A DNA stretch of 64,000 nucleotides from contig CM097885.1 in the NCBI GenBank assembly GCA_044892525.1, positions 232,314,001 through 232,378,000 on the forward strand, written 5' to 3'. The notes below the pieces were generated by a model. That model was not told where the DNA came from. It saw only the letters and a list, made by a program, of their open reading frames with translations, and searched no databases. Each line of letters opens with the position of its first letter. Positions within the stretch are counted from its first letter, which is position 1. Shown here piece by piece: positions 53,703-64,000 of the stretch. The stretch comes from Schmidtea polychroa (taxonomy: Eukaryota). The position numbers and the translations under genes are program-made.

Positions 53703-53749
53703 AATGCAAATGAAATTTAAATGAATGCAAAATAGAATGTTTAAATCAC

Positions 53750-53945
53750 CCTTGATCAGCCAGGGCTGTCTCCACTGAAACATTGGTGTGTAGCCCCCTG
53801 AAGGGAACCACGCTCTGCTACCATGTTTTCGTCTAAGACACATAAGAAGAATTTCTTTGTAATTAATCGCATCACACGCTTTATTTGTACAAAACCATTG
53901 TTTGTTAAACCATTTAACGTGTCCAATAACTTGAGATTGAGCCAT
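53750..53945 (-). pseudogene. Frameshifted cold-shock domain (Y-box/Lin28-like)
   Basis: MAQSQVIGHVKWFNK, then shifted NGFVQI, and later TNVS; resembles GTVKWFNVRNGYGFI...ANVTG. Confidence 0.55.
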
Positions 53946-53948
53946 GAT

Positions 53949-54431
53949 TCAATTTGAAACATTGGATAATTGTTCAACACTTTGGCTAATAAACATTTGA
54001 ATTGTGTTGATCCTTTTAAGAGCTCCATTAAATAGAATATCATATTCATAAGTTAGCAAGTTTATCTTTTTATCGCTAATTTCAGAAATGGTTTCAGATA
54101 ATTTACGAATATCTTTAAATTTTTTGGGAAATTTCATAAACATATCTTGGAGTTCCTCTTCTGTCATTTCATGATATACAGAAATTAAATCGTTGATTTC
54201 CAATCGTTTTGATAAACTTTGAAAAATTGAATTAATGTCAATTAGAAATTTTGAAATATAAACGAATTCATAAAAATCTTGATTATCTATGACATTTACA
54301 TTACTTCCATTAATAATTTGCAACGATCTTGTTGAGCCACGATCACATGGACAAATTTCACTGCTGAAAAGACATCTCTTCGCTATATTGCTCATTGAAA
54401 TACGACATATCAAACATTCATTATCTTCCAT
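53949..54431 (-). CDS. Orphan 160-aa ORF with N-terminal Cys cluster (CLIC...C...CPC)
   Basis: Intact ATG-to-TGA frame whose stop lies 3 nt before the CSD ATG; no family recognised. Confidence 0.55.
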   Translation of the reverse strand: MEDNECLICRISMSNIAKRCLFSSEICPCDRGSTRSLQIINGSNVNVIDNQDFYEFVYISKFLIDINSIFQSLSKRLEINDLISVYHEMTEEELQDMFMKFPKKFKDIRKLSETISEISDKKINLLTYEYDILFNGALKRINTIQMFISQSVEQLSNVSN

Positions 54432-54562
54432 ATTTCACTAAGGCCGAAAATTCAAAAACAACCCTAATTACCAAAATTATAAATCAATTCTAAAAAACTT
54501 CCAGAATTCGAATCATATTTACAAAATCGATAGAAAAACCCAAATACAAAAAAAAGTAAAAA

Positions 54563-54578
54563 GCGCACACAGACGCGA
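54563..54578 (-). promoter_or_regulatory. 16-mer TCGCGTCTGTGTGCGC, identical to the 18776 motif
   Basis: Plus strand gcgcacacagacgcga, about 130 nt upstream of the 54431 ATG. Confidence 0.5.
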
Positions 54579-54842
54579 AACCCGATAATTAACCAGTACA
54601 TACATAATATAAATTTTTAAAGTGATAATAATATGTATAAAACTTAAATATTAACCGATTATAATTAAGCAGATATAAATTCCCATGAGGTCAAAATTAA
54701 CCATTTTCGGAAAAGAAATTTATTTAGAAACCGTGTAAGATCGAAAACGTGTTAAACGAATACCGTCCTAAACGGGGACAGGTGTAATTTTCAATTTAAA
54801 TTCGAATACTTTTAATTTTTCAAGATATGTAATGGTTTCAAT

Positions 54843-55250
54843 TATGGCGTCCGCAGGAATTTTTCCAAAGGGGGGGGGGGCAAAAATATTTTTTTTACCA
54901 AGTAGACAATTTTTCTAGGGGGGAAGAGAGTTGAAAAAAAATGCATGGGTATAATAAATATTTGGGGCATTATACAAAATAGAACACTTTTTTTAAAACC
55001 AGAAAGTCAGTTAATATTGAAAGTTTTGATACAAATAAGATGATTTGAAATCATTGATTTCCAGATATAATTAATAGCATTAAAAAAAATAGGAAGCCTC
55101 TTTAACTTAAATTTTTTTATTAATTTTTTTTGTCTTGAGTTTTCCAACATTGTTTGAGCGCATCTATTAAAATGTGTTTAAATTAATCGAAAAATAGAAT
55201 CGTTTGAGAAATTCATGGACCCCCACTTGGCCCCCTTGCGAACGCCCATG
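54843..55250. mobile_element. Non-autonomous hAT element
   Basis: TIR TATGGCGTCCGCA / TGCGAACGCCCATG; exact 8-bp TSD GTTTCAAT. Confidence 0.88.
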
Positions 55251-55962
55251 GTTTCAATCGTCTTACAATAATGGTTGTTTTAAGTTCCCAGACCAGATTT
55301 GTCTAGAGTTCGGTTTATAATAGTTTACTGATATTTCTCTAGAATACGATAGATGACGAAGTTTCTTTGTTTTATCGAGATTGGTACAGGTCCGGTTATT
55401 TCTGTAATAATTTTGTTTTAAAAAGCACAGAAAATATCTTTATTGGTTTCTGTTCTAATAGTTTTAGGATTTATATAGATTTTATTCGACCTATGATAGT
55501 CTGGGAAATTTTGGGTCTAAAATCGAATTTTCTTCTCAGAATTGTTTATTTTTTAATGTTTTTCTGATTTTTCTTGTTGTTAATACCGATGGATGAATTT
55601 CTTTGTTCTAATCTGATTTTATCTATGGGCTGGTATCTCTTTTGATTGTTTATTCATCAGGTTTATCATTTTTTAATTTAAATAGTTTTTTATTAATTTA
55701 TCAATAATTCTTTAGCGAAAATTTACCACAGTAGTTTTTCGATCAGGGATTCAAAATCTTATAAATCGTAACAAAAAAACACTGCAGGTAACAAAACTTA
55801 ATTACAATTAAAAAGAAAAATAGAAAGGCACAACAATACATTTTAATATATATGTATTGTAAAAAATTTAATAAAAATTAAAACACGAAATTTATTTAAA
55901 AAAACAATGAAATAGAGCACTTGGATTCGATAGGAAAGAATAATTATTTTAATGCTGGATAA

Positions 55963-57462
55963 TTATGTCTTGATAATATGTGATATAAAATTACTTGAAA
56001 CACAAAATGTTAATGCACATATAAGGGAAATCAAAATGTATCCTTCAATACCAATTAAATAACTACTTGGGATCAAATGTTCTAAATATTTTCCGTGAAG
56101 AAATATTTCAGCAGAATTGCATTTAATTATCATATAGACAAGAATCGGCACCAATTCATCAGCTCCAATTTCTAATGATGCATTCTGATTTTGTATTTTA
56201 GACATTAAGTCAGTTATAATTTGGCACAAGCTTTCCAGCTTTACAAGAGGGTTGTAAATATTGCGCAATTTTGAAAATTGTGAAGTTTGATCATCTAAAA
56301 TCATAATCACTTCGGGTTGAGTAAGAAATTTATCTGGAAGTAAATTTTCATATTTATTATTCTCTTCAATAAACTTTAGATTTCGATCATATTGTTTTAA
56401 CTCCTCATCATATGCAATAAACAAAAATTGGTAAATAAATGGACAAATTTTAATATTCTTGAAAATATATTCTAGTAAAACATTTTGCAATTTCGGATAG
56501 ATGGTTGAAATTTGATCACTCGAATTGGCATTAATTACCAAACAACATAATTTTGACAAATCTTCAATTGTGTCATTCCAAACTTTCAATTCATCCATAA
56601 AAGCGTTTTGATTTTCTTTATTAAAAGAAAAATTAAGGAGTTTTTCAACTAATTTACTAATAAAATCAACGACCGGATGGACATTGTTCATTTTTAAAAT
56701 AAAAGACAAACATGAGACTTCTGGGGAATGAGTTGATTTTACAAATGAATAGGTTCGACTATCCTTTAAAATATGATAGTAAAACAATTGACTACTGCGA
56801 TATAATATTGGAAAATCTGGATTGTTTTTAAAAAATCCAAAGCGGTTAATATCTTCGGAAATTTTTGTCAGTAATATTTCCAAATTATTTACATTTGTTT
56901 GATACATTTGGTTTTCGTGCTTCCTAGCTATACTAAGATTATGTTCGATTTCTCGACTTATCCGTAATTGCAATGACGCTTTTTCGCTCACAGACAATCT
57001 TCCAGATTCTAACAATTTATTAGTAGATTTGATTAATTTCTGAATATTAGATTTAGCTGAATCTATAGGATTCACGGGTCTTTCTGTTAGTAGACTTTCA
57101 ATAGATGACATAGGTGACATAGATCTGGATAAGCTGGGATTTCTTTTTTTGTCCAGGGAGTTGGAAATTTGTGATTTTAATTTATTTTCATCCTCATCTG
57201 CAATTTGTTCTGTTACTCGACGACAACAATGCTGCGCGGTTGTTAAAATGCTCAAATGATTATTTCGTATATGTTTCATTGTTTCCACTTTATTTTCAAA
57301 GGAATGTGTATTCAAATCTTCGTCCAAAATCGTAAAAATATCTTTAATGCTTTTGACATATTTTTGATAAATTAACAATCTGATTTCTATGGAATTATTA
57401 TTATTTTGATCAAGTTGCATTGCTTGATAAATAAAGTTTTTAACTTCATTAAGAGAATTCAT
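55963..57462 (-). CDS. VPS9D1: VPS9 domain-containing protein 1-like (Rab5-family GEF domain, N-terminal MIT-like helix); single coding exon, 499 aa
   Basis: C-terminal PLVKLESL...GADELVPILVYMIIKCN...GIEGYILISL is a VPS9 domain; AMQLD near the N-terminus. ATG at 57462 follows a 45-nt GTAAGT...ATTAG intron (57515-57471). Confidence 0.85.
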   Translation of the reverse strand: MNSLNEVKNFIYQAMQLDQNNNNSIEIRLLIYQKYVKSIKDIFTILDEDLNTHSFENKVETMKHIRNNHLSILTTAQHCCRRVTEQIADEDENKLKSQISNSLDKKRNPSLSRSMSPMSSIESLLTERPVNPIDSAKSNIQKLIKSTNKLLESGRLSVSEKASLQLRISREIEHNLSIARKHENQMYQTNVNNLEILLTKISEDINRFGFFKNNPDFPILYRSSQLFYYHILKDSRTYSFVKSTHSPEVSCLSFILKMNNVHPVVDFISKLVEKLLNFSFNKENQNAFMDELKVWNDTIEDLSKLCCLVINANSSDQISTIYPKLQNVLLEYIFKNIKICPFIYQFLFIAYDEELKQYDRNLKFIEENNKYENLLPDKFLTQPEVIMILDDQTSQFSKLRNIYNPLVKLESLCQIITDLMSKIQNQNASLEIGADELVPILVYMIIKCNSAEIFLHGKYLEHLIPSSYLIGIEGYILISLICALTFCVSSNFISHIIKT

Positions 57463-57802
57463 GTTATATTCTAATTTAATTTCAATTAATTTACGAGAAA
57501 TATAAATCAACTTACTTCACTGTTTGTAAACACTGGTTTATGTGAAAATCGAAATAATAATGGACACACATTAAATTCTAATTTTAAATGGACTTAGAAC
57601 TTTTATAATATAATAATCAATAATAATATAAGAATAAAATATAAGAATAAATTAAAATATTTTTATATTAAATGAAAAAATAAAATTTTAAACATAAATT
57701 TCATAATAAATGTAATTTTATAAAGAAATAAAATTTAATATAAAACTGTCAGTTTGTTTAGTTGCGTTTCTTTTAACCAATCAATTTAACGAACTTTTAA
57801 TT

Positions 57803-58246
57803 ATGGTATTTTTTGTTGTAATTATAATTTGGTTGTTCATAATAGAATATTTTCATATTTTCTTTAAAATATCTTAAATCTTGACTTCGATTTTAAAATT
57901 TATAGTTTTAATCCCTTTAAATACTTATTAATGCTTTATGGCCATTAATTAATTATATGTTTTAGTCTGTGGTTAAAGTGTTTACATCTGAACAATTTCG
58001 AAATTTTTCCAAACGTTTAGAAGACGTTGTTACGAATATTGTTAGAAATGAAAATTATGATGCAAAATTTCAAAAGATTTTTATTGACCTCAACAATTGT
58101 CTCTATGAAATTTTTGTCACTGGTGAATACAACCAAAATCTTATTTATTGCATACTATTTTTTTTCGAAGAAAAATTGGATAAATTGATGACATTAATTA
58201 ATATTCCAGAAGAATTTTCAAATTTTTGTATTCAATTTGCTTTTAT
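57803..58246 (+). CDS. CBL: Cbl-TKB-like gene, first exons: putative ATG-only exon 57803-57805 and exon 57966-58246 (four-helix bundle)
   Basis: ATG|GTATTT...TTTAG|SVVKVFTSEQFRNFSKRLEDVV...EEFSNFCIQFAF(I)|GTGAGT, paralleling Cbl KCWKLMDKVV...NLTKLSLIFSHM. Confidence 0.65.
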
Positions 58247-58932
58247 GTGAGTTATTCTTTATTTGAATAGAATATTTGATAGATATTTTTGTTGAGCAGT
58301 TATTAGATGTAATTATCTGAAAAATACTAAATTTAATTCACACTTAATTCTGCTGCTTTTCTCACATTAAAATTTTGAATTTTTTAATAAAATTATCACT
58401 AATTTTATTAAAAAACTCTATTATTTTCGATCAATGGCGAAAATGGAAATGATTTCAATGGTTTTATTTTAACTGCTTTATAATGTATTAGTTATTTCAG
58501 ACTTCCTCAAATAGGAAATAACATATTGATTTAAAGTCTGATAAAATAAATATTAAAAAAAGCTAAATATAATAAGAATATTAATTAGATATGTCCGGTA
58601 CTATTAATGAAATTAATTGACTAGTTTTATGAATATTTTAAATTCACAATGCGTAATTGTGCTTGTGACAATGCATACATTTTAATTACTTAGCTGAATT
58701 ATTAATTTCAAATTCTTAGCAATAATCATTCAATGACAAACGCGTTGCTTTCTGAATATTTAAAATTTGCGTGGTTAAAATTTTACCGCTGTAAATCGTA
58801 TTTATACAGTCGACGTTAAATGGTAGGTTTAGTGCATTGATGAACCCTTAATTGGTTGGGACATCTTTCTAACAAATTCGGCTGACAAGTGTCCAATGGA
58901 TTCATATTTATTGAAAAAATATTCTACTACTA

Positions 58933-59591
58933 TCTAATATATAATCGTGGATGTGTGTCTGTCTGTACGTTCACTATAAAAATCCAAATTTCTGAAGATT
59001 TCTTAACCACATTTTGCACAGCTTCCTCTTTTACCCAGGCCGAAATTATAGGCTACTTTCTAATCAAAAATTCTTACTCGATGGGTACCTTAATTACTGA
59101 TCCTGTTTTCTGGTTACTTAACAAAGTACCGGTAAACAGTATAATTCAGAAAATTATCAGGAACAAGAAGTGTTCCTCGGGGTAATTTTGAATAACAAAA
59201 TGTTCATGCTTTTTAGACAGCCTCTACCCGAACCAGTTAGGTTAGACCCCGATAACACGCCTTGCTTTTACCATCCCCATTAATTAAGCACAGGGACAGT
59301 GACTGAAAGTCACAGGAATTAACCTGGATGAGCCCTGTTTTTCACATGGTAAACTTTATGTTGCTTTCTTCAGAGTTGGTTCAGTCAAAAACCTCTTCAT
59401 CTTTACATCATATGGCAGAACAAAAATCATTGTTTATCAAAAAGCATTTTCTTAAAATGTCAGGTTGACAGGATTATTTTAAAATGTATTAATATTATGT
59501 TTTCTTTTGTATTTTTGAGATTTTTATAACATGTGATAGATTTTAAATCACAAATTATATTGCCCCGGGCAACGCCGGGTACCCAAGCTAG
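58933..59591 (+). mobile_element. Non-autonomous Helitron with a Pif1 helicase C-terminal remnant
   Basis: 5' A|TC (58923 is an alternative start); AQGQ*LKVTGINLDEPCFSHGKLYVA..RVGS.KNL...IVYQKA; 3' hairpin CCCGG-GCAACG-CCGGG then CTAG|T. Confidence 0.9.
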
Positions 59592-59640
59592 TAAAATATA
59601 TTTTAATATAGACAAACAGCCATAACGGAATGATATTTAA

Positions 59641-60222
59641 CCCTTTCAATACTGTAGGGACATATTGTCCCAGATAATTTCTAATAATTACGAAAATAAT
59701 TTAAATGCTTAAAAATGCATTGGAATCTGGGATTTTAGTACTGTATGGTCATAGGCTCGTAAACAAGTCCAAACCTGTCTACTTTTTTTCTTTTCTTTAA
59801 AATTTTGTCAGCCTAGATCAGTGGTTCTCAAATAATATAAAAGCGCGGAACACCATTCACATGATTTTTTTTACGCGGAACACTGACAAAAAAATACTTG
59901 CCCACAATGAGTGACCAATCACAAATTACTATAAATCTGTCGTAAACGTAAACAATGCCTTCTTATAAGCAAAGAAAATACCACGCGCAACAATAACAAG
60001 CAATAAAAACACTTTTATATTTGTATATTTATATATTATATCTGTGTAACGGCTTTCTTATTGAATCATCTTATAAAAAAATTAATTGAGGTTTTTGAGG
60101 ATATATATCTTAAATGCAAATTTAAAGATAAAATGTCATTTTTTTCGCGGAACACGGGTTGAGAACCACTGGTCTAAATGTTGCTATTAATTATTAAAAT
60201 AAAAAAAATTGTATTGAAAGGG
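59641..60222. mobile_element. piggyBac-type MITE containing a nested hAT MITE
   Basis: TTAA|CCCTTTCAATAC ... GTATTGAAAGGG|TTAA. Confidence 0.88.
59819..60171. mobile_element. hAT (Charlie-type) MITE, inverted sister of 34364-34733
   Basis: TIR CAGTGGTTCTCAA at both ends; TSD GCCTAGAT / GTCTAAAT (6/8). Confidence 0.9.
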
Positions 60223-60440
60223 TTAAGCTGAAATATGTCGTTGGGCATACCTCGATTGTTTGAAGTCTATGGAAAAACGTCTGGGGTACTGATTCATTCA
60301 TATTACCTAAAAAATAATAAAAAATTGTATATGCACCATTTTAATATTAATATATTTTGAATGAATGTTTATTTTTGAAGTTAAATAAATAATCCAACTT
60401 GTCAATATAATAAAAGTGTACATTAGGGGTCATAAAATTA

Positions 60441-60795
60441 GGGGTCATTGCCTAATTACCTCACGCTCGACTTCCTTGAAAACGTGACGTGGGTGGGTGG
60501 ATGAGTTGAGCTGAATTTAACGTCACGCTAGTTGTATTTTATGGACCACAAGAATTATTATTGCAACAATCTTCCTCTGTTACTATGCTACAGTGATGCT
60601 AATACTTTGACTAGACATCGATGACCAACAATTATTACTGCTACAGCAAGTTCCCAAACAATGTTGAGTTATAATATTTGGATTATGGTACCTCTAGGAT
60701 ACTCTCATTTCGTGAACAATAAAATGATGTCACTATGGGGGGTGAGTGGGTCAAAAATTGTCATTTTTGGCGTTACGTAATTATGTAATGACCCC
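60441..60795. mobile_element. PIF/Harbinger (Tourist-like) MITE
   Basis: TTA|GGGGTCATTGCCTAATTAC ... GTAATTATGTAATGACCCC|TTA; an extra partial TIR lies at 60426. Confidence 0.82.
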
Positions 60796-60823
60796 TTAGC
60801 TAGAGTGCTTTCTTTTAAGGTAT

Positions 60824-61200
60824 TGATTCCCAAATCGGTTCCGCGGATTAATGAGCTCTGACACTAGATAATGCCATTTTTAATGTTTTCCAACCGACAT
60901 ATTCGTATGTAATTCAAATTTTTAGTCCATTCGTCAAGTTTCGTCAATTCTTATTTATGTGAATTAGGATTCTCAGTGTTGACCGAAATTAAATCTAAGA
61001 GCGAACGATTACTGATGGTTGACCAATAAATGAGAATTTGATTGTCGTAAATTGAGGCTCGAAAAACTCTCTAACTCTAATAGTTTTAAAACAAATTTAT
61101 TTCCAATCTTTAAATTTTGAGCTTTTTAATTGTTGGGGATCCGCAAAAGTAAAAATGGCATTTTAGGGTTCCTAGAAGCGAAATAGTTTTTGGAAACACT
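60824..61200 (+). mobile_element. Deleted hAT (Buster/ZBED5-like) derivative
   Basis: SYLCELGFSVLTEIKSK remnant; 3' TIR TTTGGAAACACTG; its 5' end recurs inverted at about 62800-62880. Confidence 0.75.
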
Positions 61201-62268
61201 GTCTTATGGGTTGATAAAGTATATTCCTTATTTCTTTATACTATTACTGTTGTTAATTAGTAATAACGTACTATTTAGTAAATGATTTTATGCAAATTAA
61301 TCTGTTCTGTGTTCTGGTCTTAGAATATATCGGAATAAATTGTAATCAGAAGTAAATTGAAATTTATAATTATTTATTGCAATATATAATAATACTAATT
61401 ATTAGTTTTACTATTATCATGGTTATTTTAATTGCAATGCTGAGACTGGTAGTAATAACGAGAATGAAAACAATATAACTTCTTTGCTAATTATATCATT
61501 ACTATCTTAATTCACAAAATAAAAACCAAAATTTACTCTCATAATGTAACAGCCTTTTCAACACGTTACGCAACGTTTGAAATGAGTATTTTGGGATTTT
61601 ATCTTTTATTGAAACATTTTGAATAAAGTTTGATGGAACAACAAGTTAATATTTTGCCTTAATGTAATGTGACCCTCTTTACGGAGAAAACGACCAATGT
61701 TAATCCAGCATAGACATTACATCCTTTTTTGTTGTTAAAGATTGGATTTTAAGAACGAAATTTCAAAATTAATCTTCAATCCTTTACTTGACATAAAGAG
61801 TTTCCAACGAAAAATAATTGGCCAATTTTAAGTAACATCAATTATTAGCAACATTATATACATCAACTCATTAATCCTGAAAATTGAAAGACAAAGAACT
61901 TTGGACTCAAACTTTCCAAACAATACATTAAATCAATCATTCGAGTAGTACCGTAACTTGAAAATTATTATAAAATTGTAGTTCAAATATTGTTCATATC
62001 AGATTAACAAAAAATAACCCGACACAACAATCAACATTAATAACAATTAATAAACTCTTACAACTTGCAAATATGAATAAATATCTCTGTTGCACCCTGT
62101 CAAATAAAATCATTGTTGAAAAACGTTCAAGAATTGTGGAACAGATCGGTTTATGAAAGAAATTGATCTAAAGCCTATTTAGTTTATCAAAAAGAGTTTG
62201 CTAGCAAATGCAGAAAATAATTTTTTATTTATTGAGCAATTTTAAATACTCACAAATCTTATTTTCAG

Positions 62269-62769
62269 TAACTATGATCTAAAGGCATTATTTCAAAATG
62301 GGTCTATTTTAAATTCATTTAAATTAGATGAAATATCTGCTGAAAATTGGTGGAGACAGAATTTTCAAGACTCGTTAGTCATTTTCTTTTCTGTAAAATG
62401 TTTTTAAATATCGATAGTTTATTTGTGGATGCTGACAAGTTTGGTAAAGAAATAACTAAAAGATTCACAGAATCCCCAGATATTCAATGTTTATTAAAAT
62501 CTGTTTCATTTACTATGTTTGATTGGTATGGTAATATCAATAAAAGCAGTTTTAACAATTTTTTAAAGTGAACAAATCAGAATTTAATTATTTTTTGTTA
62601 TTTTTATCTATTTTTTTAGATATTATGGGAGATGGGACAATTTCCCAATTTATTGGAATGAAATCTATTACAATAAAGGCAATTTGCACATGACGACATT
62701 AGAAAACGCAAAACAGAAACTAATGAATGTCAAATGTCAATTGGGAAGTATTAGAAGCATTGAAAAATC
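62269..62769 (+). CDS. CBL: Cbl-TKB-like gene exons 62269-62373, 62418-62567 and 62620-62769 (EF-hand and start of SH2-like region); gene appears incomplete
   Basis: Spliced: NYDLKALFQNG...SAENWWRQNFQDSLFV...INKSSFNNFLKYYGRWDNFPIYWNEIYYNKGNLHMTTLENAKQKL, versus Cbl LAELKGIFPSG...AAEFWRKAF...[43 protein letters not shown]; 44- and 52-nt GT-AG introns. Confidence 0.75.
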
Positions 62770-63581
62770 GTACGTATTTTAAAGTTTCCAACCGTGAAGT
62801 TTATGGAGGGTTTTTTAAAAATGGCAATATTTAGTGTCACAGAGCTCATTATCCCGCGGAACCAATTTGAGAATCACTGGTTTATCAATGTTTCACCGAT
62901 ATATCAAAAAACATCGATATCTTTACTGATTCATAAACTTCCCGTCATCTCTGCACCAGAGTTCTTGAGTATTGCCAACGGAATGGATTGACACACATTA
63001 GTGATCATTTTAGGAAGTGTACAGTAAAAAAATAAGTATTGCTGATTATAAGATCATGTCGAAGAGTTTGAGTAATTACTGGGAACGAGTAGCGTGCGAG
63101 GCGTTGTTAATTACATCCTTAAATCCTATAATTAACAAAGTGCCCAGTCTACAGGGATTTTAAATGTTTTTAAATAATTTAACTTGTATATTTAATATTT
63201 GGGATGATGTTGTTGTTTGTTAAATTTTTTGTATAAAAACATTTTTTAAATTTAAATTTATTTTTAACATTAATTTTAAAAAAGATTTTTTGTATGAGAA
63301 TGTTAACGATTTTGTGCTTTTTGTCAAAATTATAATGATTTTTATATGAAATATCTTTTATAAATAAACCAACATTTTATAAAAATATCTTTTATTTTGA
63401 TACAATTTGATTACAATTATTAATTGTTAAATTGTTTGAATATTATTATTATCATTTAGTTGTTAGTAATACGATTCTTAGCCCGAAGAAGACTGTTAAA
63501 CGGTCGAAATATATAGCAATGTTATATTTTAATCTACTTAATTGGCGATTGTCTGTTATACAAACTTTGCCTTCGTTATAT

Positions 63582-63696
63582 AGTAATATATCGATGTTTT
63601 TTTGATACTCGCGAATTTTCGGCACTGCCTTTTTCAATTTACTTGAAAAAGGCGTGCCGAAAATTTGTGAGTATCAACAAACATTGATATATTACT
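63582..63696. repeat. Long-stem member of foldback family B
   Basis: agtaatatatcgatgttttttgatactcgcgaattttcggcactgcctttttcaa - tttac - ttgaaaaaggcgtgccgaaaatttgtgagtatcaacaaacattgatatattact. Confidence 0.85.
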
Positions 63697-64000
63697 GATT
63701 TATAGTCTTCAAGCTCTCTTTAATAAATTCAATGTAAAAATAATCAATGGTGAAATTGGAAAAAAAAGTTCTTATAATATATATACACCTAATTCTGTTT
63801 TTACACGATAGATACGTTCCTAAAAAAGTCGTGTAAAAAAGATATTGGCTCAATGGTAAAATAGTAGATTGGTGTTCCATACCTAAAAAAGCAACAAAGG
63901 TACAATAAACAAACAAAAGTATAATAATAAATATAAAAAAATACTTGTTAGAGTTCACAAAAGAATTTATTTTTCGTGCTTACACATTTTAATTCATTAA

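Noticed and set aside
54700-54784. pogo/Tigger-like terminal fragment (...ccgtcctaaacggggacaggtgta)
   Set aside because: Only one plausible end was found; no partner TIR or TSD confirmed.

Overview
Strongly AT-rich animal genomic scaffold with six N-gaps. The 44-52 nt minimal introns, cecropia-type mariners and (TAA)n tracts suggest a planarian-like host, but this is inference only. Four host genes can be pieced together by hand: (1) the last two exons of a divergent cytosolic-MDH-family gene (1-150, 6470-6676, +); (2) an LZTS/Fez1-family gene in three exons over 35.6 kb (43874-43116, 22686-22537, 8641-8297, -); (3) a VPS9D1-like gene (57462-55963, -); (4) a divergent Cbl-TKB-like gene head-to-head with it (from 57803, +, apparently incomplete). 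The rest is mostly TE debris: Ty3/gypsy, BEL/Pao, mariner, hAT, piggyBac and Harbinger MITEs, a Helitron, foldback elements and an orphan 28S rRNA fragment. The most unusual locus is 52.4-54.6 kb (-). There a divergent ubiquitin domain runs directly into a BEL/Pao Gag, and the junction is two point changes from a cleavable RGG. Upstream lie an LTR-like spacer, a decayed cold-shock domain and a Cys-rich orphan ORF. A GC-rich 16-mer in front of this cluster recurs exactly 36 kb away, in front of a second orphan ORF that replaces a gypsy integrase core.
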